This document shows positions 1-8,109 of a stretch of 9,677 bases of DNA, one piece after another. Below the pieces are notes generated by a model, which saw only the letters and a program-made list of their open reading frames with translations, had not been told where the DNA came from and made no database searches. Source of the DNA: Takakia lepidozioides (taxonomy: Eukaryota > Plantae > Bryophyta); assembly GCA_030704615.1 (NCBI GenBank), contig JAKLZA010000372.1, forward strand, positions 1 to 9,677. Reading direction: 5' to 3'. Every line of letters starts with the position of its first letter. The stretch's first letter is position 1. The position numbers and the translations under genes were made by a program.

Positions 1-50
1 CTGTGTTGGCTGTGTGGGCTGTGACTGCTGTGTCGGCTGTGTGGGCTATG
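1..50. repeat. 9-bp-period CTGTG minisatellite (27-bp higher order) inside the putative LTR
   Basis: ctgtg-ttgg ctgtg-tggg ctgtg-actg ctgtg-tcgg ctgtg-tggg ctatg; cut by the window edge. Confidence 0.8.
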
Positions 51-173
51 TAACCCCCCTCTACAGTGCGCTGCTGTCACCCCTAAGGTTCCTGTTTGTC
101 TCAGTCTGTGCAAAAATTAAGGGTACCCTACAGATCCCGTATAAGTGTCTAAGTCCCCTACAGTCCTCTAACA
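1..173 (-). repeat. Start (U3 side) of the 3' LTR, running out of the window
   Basis: Minus strand reads PPT GAGGGAGGAAGGGG, then TAAA, then TGTTAGAGG...; canonical TG start at 173. The partner LTR is not in the window, so this cannot be confirmed here. Confidence 0.72.
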
Positions 174-177
174 TTTA

Positions 178-191
178 CCCCTTCCTCCCTC
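178..191 (-). promoter_or_regulatory. Polypurine tract (plus-strand synthesis primer)
   Basis: 14 consecutive purines GAGGGAGGAAGGGG on the minus strand, preceded by a T-run (TTTTT) and followed 4 nt later by TGTT. Confidence 0.78.
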
Positions 192-212
192 AAAAAGCCG
201 TGTCCTCACGGT

Positions 213-2975
213 TTACTGTTTCTGAGTAGCAACCCTTTGTGAGTGAGCACCTTGTTGACGTTGAGAGTTTCGTGGCGGGCTGTGTGTACGAGCCCGAGGT
301 CTGTCTCTGGTTGACGGAGATGGTTGATCATTACCTGGATAAGTGAGGCCTTCTGGAGGCTGATATCGAGGTAATCTTTCCGGCATAGGAGATTCCCTTT
401 GTTTCTTCTCTTCCATCTGAATTGCATAGTCTTCTCCCATGTCAAAAGAATTCTGTGAAGAAACAGTTGTATCAAAATCCTCATCGCCTCTCAGGTGTTT
501 TAATTTTCGAACTTTTTGTGGAATCATCTTGGGCATACAATGCTGTCCTACCATGTCTGGAAGTTTGCATTTTACGACCTGGTGTAACCGTTGAACAGCA
601 AAATTGGTGTAGACACTGAGCTCCTTGTCTGTCCAAATGAGTGGGGTACCAATTACTGGTGCAGCGTGCAAGTATTTCCATGCGATATGTCCCTTATAGA
701 AAATGTCATCAAGTCCGAATTTCTGTGTTGACAAATTGTTGCAGGCTGCTTGAAACCATGAACGAATTTGAGAATCCTTATGTATCATAACTTTTGGGTC
801 ATATAGGTACATATGAGGTGGCACCGAAGGTAATACCCAATGATCTCCACTGGAGTAACTTTGAAAGCGTGCTTGCATCTTTTGTTGCTCAATTTGGTAA
901 CGTATCAGAAAACAAGCAGCGTAGTATAGCCCGCACCCCATGACAATACTTGCTATTTCCTTGGTCTTGGTATAAATGAGTCCATGTACAACCTGGAAAG
1001 CAACCAATTCCCTCAACATGGTACCTGCCTCGTGCCAGTATTGTGCAAAGTGATGATCTTCAATATGTCGATTGTTTGGAAGAACTTTAGTCCTGGTTGC
1101 CACTGGCAGCCAAATACGCATGATTTGGTAGTAATGTGCGAATGACTGCGGAGGACTAAATTCTTTCCAAGCCAAATCCAACATGATGGGAATTTGGTTG
1201 AAGGGCATAATCATAGCCCTACTGTACTCCCTGGCAGCTGGAGTTTTAGGTGGGTTAAAAGCTGCATTGCCCCATACCTCCGGCTGTGGTGGCTGTGGTG
1301 GGGTTGTAGTAACCACAGGTTCAGCTACTGGTACACTGACCTGTTGTGGTGGTGGTGGTACTGGTTCCTGTACCATTGGCATCTCCTGCACCTCCTGTGA
1401 AGACTGAAAAGCCAGAGTTCTGGCTTGCAAATAAGAAGCCATTAGCTGTTCCTGAGGGATATAGACTCTTTGGTCGATGTTTGAAGTGAGGTCTTCCACT
1501 TGAGTCTGGAGTCCGTCTACATCCTCTTGTAACTCTGCTATCCTACTATAGACATTGTCTATAGTAGTTGTGGCAATGTTCTGCACCTGCAGTCTAAGCT
1601 CATTCATCTCGCTTTGGGTGAGCTTCCGTGGGGCTTTGCCTTCTACTGGCCCTTGTGCTAACCAGACCTGCATAAGGCTGTTATCCACCAAGCTGCTTGT
1701 GGTTCCCCTGAGAGTTTGCTCCTCTCTTAGCTTATACAATTCCAACTGCTGTTGTAAAGCCTTCATGCGCTTCGCCTGTGGCTCAACCAATTGCGCATAG
1801 GCAGCAAGTAGATTATTGGCTTCTTTCGAAGCCTTGTTACTGACCGCGATTTCATTTCTATTGGCCACGATGGTTTGTTGCAACTCCACGATGTATTTCT
1901 CTTGCTCAGCTTCCATCTGCCTGTATTGCTTGAAAGTATCTTCATTGCGACAGATTGTATTCTTCATATCGACAATGAGCTTCATGTGCTCCACATTCTC
2001 TTCTTCTGCCTTCGTACATTTTTCCGCTTGACTGTTTATTTCTTTTGTTGATTGGTCAAGCATAGTTGTAAATGTAGCGCATTGTATCGCCATCCTGTTA
2101 TGCACTGTCTGCAACTCCGTATGTAGTGCATTCAGTTCTTGCAACTTGCTTTCATGCTGCACCTGCATTTGGTATAGCTGTTGCTTATGTGCTTCGTGCA
2201 ACTGGTCTTGCGCGAGGCCTGCCTCAATCAATTGTTGCTTGGCCAATTGCAAAGCCATTTCTGTATTGGCCAAGTCCTGCTTCATCTTGAGAGTGACCTC
2301 TTCATCGACCTTGTTTGCACACTCAGTGGCAAGTCGAGCCTCAAACTCCTTCCTGAGTTCTTCTTTCAAGGCTGTCAATTGGGTAATTGGAACATGGGTT
2401 TTGACATAAGTCCCCAACAAATTAAGTGTCCTGCCTATGGAACTCATCAGCATTGTCTGTTGAGGGTCATCATGGTGAGGTTGCTGCTGTTCCTCCTGAT
2501 CTTCAACAGTATGATGTCTCACTAACCATTCAGACCATTGTCCCACCGGATTTTCTTCCTGAACTACTTCATTTATGACCGGTGCTACAGTGTCATGGCC
2601 TTCCGCCTGTGGTACCTCCGACACAGGTGTGTGCATTATATGTACCTCAGGATTTCTCTTGGGCAACTGTTGCACCTCTGGGATTTCTGTCTGCTTGACC
2701 AGACCAGAATATTCATAGAGAAGGTCCCCTTTCTCTATTTCTGCCACTATCTGTTCTGTAGTTGGAATATCTATCCCTTCACTTTCCAAATCAATTATTT
2801 CGGGTTGAGCTGCATGGATAACTTGTGACCTTGTGACAAGTCGTTCAAGTGGCTGTGTTTGGTTGTGATGCAGAAGTAACTTCTTCCTCCCTCTCTGAAG
2901 GTCCTGCTTCCAGTAATAACATTCTTTTGTGCTGCTGTGCCCCTTCCTGGTCATGAGCTTGGGAAACATTATCAT
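213..2975 (-). CDS. Element-encoded extra ORF, intact 920-codon portion: acidic/disordered region, long coiled coil, Pro-rich linker, unknown globular domain, R/S/P-rich tail
   Basis: 2763-nt stop-free frame with protein-like composition and E/Q/K/L heptad-rich helices (~1480-2390); TAA at 213-215. The first ~38 residues are probably not the real N-terminus because of an inferred frameshift near 2860. Confidence 0.9.
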   Translation of the reverse strand: MIMFPKLMTRKGHSSTKECYYWKQDLQRGRKKLLLHHNQTQPLERLVTRSQVIHAAQPEIIDLESEGIDIPTTEQIVAEIEKGDLLYEYSGLVKQTEIPEVQQLPKRNPEVHIMHTPVSEVPQAEGHDTVAPVINEVVQEENPVGQWSEWLVRHHTVEDQEEQQQPHHDDPQQTMLMSSIGRTLNLLGTYVKTHVPITQLTALKEELRKEFEARLATECANKVDEEVTLKMKQDLANTEMALQLAKQQLIEAGLAQDQLHEAHKQQLYQMQVQHESKLQELNALHTELQTVHNRMAIQCATFTTMLDQSTKEINSQAEKCTKAEEENVEHMKLIVDMKNTICRNEDTFKQYRQMEAEQEKYIVELQQTIVANRNEIAVSNKASKEANNLLAAYAQLVEPQAKRMKALQQQLELYKLREEQTLRGTTSSLVDNSLMQVWLAQGPVEGKAPRKLTQSEMNELRLQVQNIATTTIDNVYSRIAELQEDVDGLQTQVEDLTSNIDQRVYIPQEQLMASYLQARTLAFQSSQEVQEMPMVQEPVPPPPQQVSVPVAEPVVTTTPPQPPQPEVWGNAAFNPPKTPAAREYSRAMIMPFNQIPIMLDLAWKEFSPPQSFAHYYQIMRIWLPVATRTKVLPNNRHIEDHHFAQYWHEAGTMLRELVAFQVVHGLIYTKTKEIASIVMGCGLYYAACFLIRYQIEQQKMQARFQSYSSGDHWVLPSVPPHMYLYDPKVMIHKDSQIRSWFQAACNNLSTQKFGLDDIFYKGHIAWKYLHAAPVIGTPLIWTDKELSVYTNFAVQRLHQVVKCKLPDMVGQHCMPKMIPQKVRKLKHLRGDEDFDTTVSSQNSFDMGEDYAIQMEEKKQRESPMPERLPRYQPPEGLTYPGNDQPSPSTRDRPRARTHSPPRNSQRQQGAHSQRVATQKQ

Positions 2976-3763
2976 GCGGAATCCGTGAAGCCAGTGGATC
3001 TGCCACTACAGTCTTTCCCCTTCTCTGCCTCTTAGTCTCGGGTTGTGCTGCTAGTCCACCCTCACTGTGTGAAGAGCCTTGGTCTTCCATTGCAGTTGTT
3101 TCTGGCTCAAACACTCCCATTTCCTTCCTTTCTTGTGCATTAAGTATGCGAGAATCAAGGATTATTTGAGCAATGATTGGGCCAGACACTATGATAGGAG
3201 ATTTTGCGGTAGTACCTTGTAATCTTTTCATCTCCTCTACCAGTGCGTTGTACATTATGTCCGCCCATGGTACCTCTTGTCCCTTCAAGCCTTTGAGGAT
3301 TTCCTCTGTGAAGGATCTGCTCAATATTGTTGGTTCTGTTTCAGGGCAATCAGAACGTTCAATACTTGGCCTATGTCTTTTAACCCTGGTACACAGCTTT
3401 GGTACAAGCATAACCCTGAGTTTTAAAGAAACTCCCTTCTTGGAATAAATCCCCTATTTGCAGTCTTTCCCTGTGTTCCTCCACATACACATGACCTGCT
3501 GGCAATCGAAACAATTGCTGGAGGTATAGGGGAGTAATCATTAATTCAACTCCCTTCACCGTTGTTGTTCCTGTCTTTGGCTCAAAGTTCTGCAAAAATT
3601 GTAACATGTACTGTCTATGGTGTAGTGTCCAATCCATGCTTTGCAATCCTTCCAATCTCAGCTCCTTCAGTATCTTTATCGCCTGTGGGGTAGCCATCGT
3701 TTGTTTCTGCAGAATTGTGGTGCTCTTCACCCTGATTTCCTCCATTCCTCTCACTCTCTTCAT
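2845..3763 (-). CDS. N-terminal part of the extra ORF (frameshifted); resembles the 'putative plant transposon protein'/Athila ORF2-type domain
   Basis: Overlapping ORFs 3380-3898 and 2845-3411 carry YMLQFLQNF...TTVKGVELMITPLYLQQLFRLP and EVPWADIMYNAL...SGPIIAQII, like the (V)xEFYxN..VxG..I..LGLP and INWG..I..LPxGxLITxL patterns. Two 1-nt C additions give KAVYPGLKDIGQVLNVLIALKQNPTILSRSF. Start is ATG 3763 or 3898. Confidence 0.62.
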
Positions 3764-4462
3764 CTTAGACTCACAGAACTGCTTTGGCTGTAACAACTGC
3801 AGGAATGCCTGTAGTGCAAGCAGAAACAAAGCAGAAACGTATGGTTGCCGCAGAAAGCTATGGGTAATCTCTTGTAAGCCTGCGGGGCTTGCAAGCATTG
3901 TTCAAGAGAAAAGCTCTGCTCTTTCGTTTCGTGTCTCTGCCATTGCGTAAGTAATATTGCGAGCGTATAGTCTGTTAGTTCCTCCATAGTTTCCAAGTTA
4001 TAGCATTTATGGCCTGTCCTGTCGAGACGCCCGTTACTCAGAACGACGCCGCCTCTTGCGCTTAATTTCCCTCCATTTTCTTGATCATTTCTCTGGTTTT
4101 CTATTGGCTGTATCCGCTGTGACTGGATTTTAACTTTTATCTTCTTTAGTGGACTTTCCCTGTTGGATAGTCCACTAGGATCACACATGCGACATGAATT
4201 CAGTTTTTCTGTACTTGCCGTTCGTTCTGTTTCCCTTTTTCCGTATTCATTAATGGGCCCGCCTTTCATCCCCTTTGACGGCCGTTCTTGTCCTCTTTCT
4301 TTTTGACACCTGTCCTTGCACTTCATTCTCTGCTGTGTGTCGCACCCTGACCTCCCACGTGTCTATTTTTAAATTAATTTCCGTTTCCTCTTCCTTCAGC
4401 CATTTTCCTGAAGTTTTTATGTGTCCACTTGTCACTGATTCTATGGATCGTGTAACTTTAGT

Positions 4463-4818
4463 AGGCTGTGTTGAGCTGTGACAGGCTGTGTCATACTGTG
4501 TTACGCTGTGATAGGCTGTGTGGCACTGTGGTAAGCTGTGATAGGCTGTGTTGCACTGTGGTAAGCTGTGATAGGCTGTGTTGCACTTGTAGCGTGATAG
4601 GCTGTGTACACCTGCGGTAGGTGGTGATAGGCTGTGTCACGTCGTGACGGGCTGTGATAGGCTGTGTCACGCCGTGCTGGGCTGTGATAGGCTGTGTCAC
4701 GCCGTGATGGGCTGTGATAGCTGTGTCACGGTGACTGGGCTGTGATTGGATGTGTCACGCCGTGCTGGGCTGTGATAGGCTGTGTCACGCGTGCTGGGCT
4801 GTGATAGGCTGTGTCACG
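4463..4818. repeat. Tandem array, about 12 x 30-bp units built from 10-bp NNNNRCTGTG subunits, two subtypes
   Basis: Subtype A gctgtgataggctgtgttgcactgtggtaa (~4475-4590); subtype B gctgtgataggctgtgtcacgccgtgctgg (~4625-4818). No unique spacers. Confidence 0.96.
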
Positions 4819-4944
4819 TTTGTTTTGCCCACCCCGGTCATATATACTAGGCCTAGCGACAAGTGTTCCATACTCCGTTCGTAACACTGGTGCAGCCCGT
4901 GACTGCTCTTGCGGTTCAACATGCAAATCATGCTGCAGGGGTTT

Positions 4945-6170
4945 GTCATGGATACCACTGTACCCTTCAACTTATTTGCATTGACTCTTCCCAGCATTTC
5001 TTTGTTAATGGTTTGTAACATGGCTGTGTTGTTATCATACAGCTTTTTTGTATGACATAAGGTCCTTTCCATGGTGATTTAAGCTTAGAAGCTTGAATCT
5101 TTCCTTTCTTCTGCAACGCATAGAACCAAATCCCCCGTCTTAAAAGTCTTAACTTGCCTTCATCAAACTGTTCCTTTCTCTTCTTCATCTGAATTCTGGT
5201 CATATTATCAGCTGCATCACGTCGTTCTTCCACATGGTATAATTCATGTTTCCTGACTTTGATGGAGTCTTGCAATTCCATTCTTTTTCCCCACTTCCGT
5301 TCTCATGGTAGGTAACAGGAATTCCACTGGAAGTAAGGCTTCCATACCATAAACTAATTGGAATGGTGTATACTTGTGGTGACTTTATACGAAGTCCTGT
5401 ATGACCATAAAGCTGTCAGCAGCTTTGTATCCCAATCCGTTCTGTTTGCATTGACTATCTTAGCCAAGATAGTACATAGTATTTTGTTGGTAGCCTCTGC
5501 CTGCCCATTACCCTGTGGGTAATATGTTGTACTCTTCTATGCACAATCATAAACTCTTTAGTCAATAACTCAATGGTCTCATTCATGAAGTGACTTCCTG
5601 ATCAGATAAATTCTAAGGGACATCCAAATCGTGTAAGTATGTTCTCGTACAGGAACCTTGCTGTGGACTTGGCTGTGTTGTCCCTCAAAGCTTTAGCTTC
5701 CACCCACTTTGTAGTATAATCAGTGGCTGTAATTATGTACCTGTTTCCGTGTATTCTTGGATGGTGGATTAATTGGTCCAACAAAGTCTAGTCCCCATTT
5801 ATGAAATGGTTCGTAGACATTGTAGGATGCAAGGCCATTCTTCCAGATCTCTGCAAAGGTCCTAGCCTCTGACATTCATCCACTTCTGACAATACTCATG
5901 TACATCTTTGAACAACGTAGGCCACCAGTATCCTGCGAGTAGTATCTTTCTACTGGTAGTCTCTTCTCCAAAATGACCTCCAGCCACTCCTTTATGAACT
6001 TCCTCCAAGACTTTATTTACTTCATGGTGGTACAAGCATCGTTTTAGTACGCCATCAGGTCCTAACTTATACATTCTGCTTCCTACCATAGTATAAAGGT
6101 AAAGCTCTGATAGCAATTCTCTTCCTCTGCTCCTTACCATAACTAGGTGGGCACTGACCATGAGCAAGGT
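4945..6170 (-). pseudogene. pol: Integrase domain of pol (frameshifted)
   Basis: HHCC region EEVHKGVAGGHFG...YWWPTLFKDVHEYCQK; core PFHKWGLDFVGP (D ~5787), YIITATDYTTKWVEAKAL, ISDQ(G)SHF (D ~5602), YYPQGNGQAEATNK (E ~5496); TPFQLVYGMEALLPVE; KLKSPWKGPY (~5057-5086). Confidence 0.95.
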
Positions 6171-6284
6171 AGTATCTGATTGGCCACTGCCAATCTAACC
6201 ATTCTCTGCACTTCCTTGCACCTCCATTACAAATAAACTCGCATCAGGTAACTGATCGTCCACTCTGTGGCGGCCTCTCCTGTT

Positions 6285-6660
6285 GTTAGTCGTGACAAAT
6301 GATCTGCCACAAGATGCAAACGGCCAGCTTGTAAATACCTCGAACTCAAACTCATGCAAGATTATTAAACCACCTCGCTATCCTTCACTTATCAAAGGTT
6401 GGTTCACACAGATATATCAGAGCCTGGTGATCCACATAAAACATAAACTTTCTTCCCAATAGGTAATGCCTGAATTTCTTCACTGGCATAATCATCATTG
6501 CCAATGCTTCTCTTTTCCGTTGTGCTATCAGAGTTCCTCTCAGCACTGTTCATCAACCGGCTAGCATAGAGTACACAGGTGAATCTATATTCCCTGTAAC
6601 ATTCTGGGCTACCCCGCTCCCAACCTTCTCCTGATGCATCGCAGTGAACATGAAATACCT
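6285..6660 (-). pseudogene. pol: RNase H domain of pol (frameshifted)
   Basis: FHVHCDASG (6629-6655), YASRLMNSAE, REALAMI, KKFRHYLLGRKFMFYVDHQAL, RIARW, HEFEFE, HLVADHLSRL. Confidence 0.93.
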
Positions 6661-6664
6661 ACAT

Positions 6665-7720
6665 GCCAGTGAGGGTTAATCAGCACAGGTGTAGTTGTTA
6701 CTGACAGTGTAGTTCCTCAAACGCCTGTTGACATTCAGCTGTCCATGCACACTGCATCTTTCTTCAGAAGCTTGCTCAATGGCTGCTATTTGTGCATACC
6801 TTTTGACAAATCTTCTGTAATAACGTTTGCCCAGGAATCTCCTAAACTCTTAACATTCACTGGTGGTGGAGAGACTTTAATATGGACTCTGTCTTCCTGG
6901 GATCCACAAGAAGTCCCTTCTTACACACTATGTGTCCCAGAAGCACCCCTGATATTCACACAGAAAGTACACTTCTCTGGTTCAAGCCCAGACCTCTCAT
7001 CCTGCATCTGCCAGGCATAACTCCAATTTATGCAAGTGCTCATTCTTAGAGCTGTACACACTGAAATCATCCAAAAACCCTGCGGAAATCATCCAGAGAC
7101 TCTTGAAAAGATTCACTTATCACTCTCTGAAAGGTCGCTGGTGCTTACAAAGTCCAAAGGGCATGACTTTGTATGCATAAGCCCCCCAGTCTGTGATGAA
7201 AGCTGTTTTCCTTGGTCTTCCTTCTGCCACTTGCACTTGATTATAAACCACTGAAGCCATCCATGAATGAGTACATCTCATGGCTGCCCAGTGTCTAATA
7301 CTGCTTCTGTGAATGGCAAAGGGAAGGATCTTTCTTCGTACAAGCATTCAGCTTCTTATAGTTCACACATACTCTTAGTTTGCCATTCTTCTGGGAACTA
7401 TAACATGGGTGACAACCAAGTTGTATACTCTATTGGGTATATAAACTTAGCCTCAGCCAACTTCTTTATCTCTTCTCCAACCTTCTGTGCGTAGTTGGGA
7501 TTCCATTCTATACATACCTCCCTGCTTGATTGGTACTGACCCTGGTTCCAGTTCAATTTATGCTGACAGACTTCAGGTGGTATCCCTTTTAGATCCTCAT
7601 AGCTCCAAGCAAATACAATCTCTGTATTTGATGAACAAGCTTTAGCTTCTTCGAAGAACTCCGGCTCCAAATCAGCTCCTACTTTCACCATTCCCGTTCC
7701 TCCTGAGTTCCCACATTACT
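6665..7720 (-). pseudogene. pol: Reverse transcriptase domain of pol (frameshifted)
   Basis: FAWSYEDLKGIPPEVCQHK, FIYPIEYTTWLSP, KDPFPLPFTEAVLD, SFMDGFS, KTAFITDWGAYAYKVMPFGLC, catalytic FLDDFSVYS (FLDD 7066-7077), WTAECQQAFEEL, TTTPVL. Confidence 0.95.
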
Positions 7721-8109
7721 TCTCTCACCTGCTCATCAGCTGTGATTGTCCAACGGCACCACTTCATCCTGTAAGCTCACAGTGGCTGGTTCTCTAGGAT
7801 TTCTATTTCCTCCTTCTCTTCTTCATAGAAATGTGATGGGTAACTGCTGGTTTCTTCTCCTTTGGTGTTTGCTGTCACTACACCCAGCAGATACCTCTCA
7901 AACAACTTAGGCTTCCAGCCGCATCTCTGCACCTGCTCCCATTCTGGGTGTGCAGCAAATAGGGTAGCTTCCTGCTCCTCATCCCAGTCCTCCCCTCCAG
8001 TCATACTCTCGACTCCTCGAGGTCTTCTTGTAGCAGGTAATCTACTAGATTTCTTTGGGGTAATTTGTATCTCGTGCATCCCATTATGCACAGTTAGTAA
8101 CTGAGATTC

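Noticed and set aside
54-62. Alternative PPT AGAGGGGGG
   Set aside because: Shorter and followed by TTACA rather than TG; 178-191 fits better.
1480-2390. Captured host SMC/myosin/tropomyosin gene
   Set aside because: Only generic coiled-coil composition; no Walker motifs, hinge or motor domain.
2865-2975. ATG 2975 as the real start of the 920-aa protein
   Set aside because: The overlapping frame from ORF 2845-3411 has matching E/Q-rich composition and joins near 2860; the annotated first ~38 aa look out of frame.
213-3898. Calling the extra ORF a true env glycoprotein
   Set aside because: No clear signal peptide/furin site/fusion peptide/C-terminal anchor layout; only two moderately hydrophobic segments (~903-957, ~3790-3843).
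4463-4818. CRISPR array
   Set aside because: The 30-bp units abut directly with no unique spacers, there are no cas genes, and the context is a eukaryotic retroelement.
6665-7720. Prokaryotic RT system (retron, DGR, group II intron) or caulimovirus
   Set aside because: The RT is flanked by protease, RNase H and a DDE integrase in Gypsy order.
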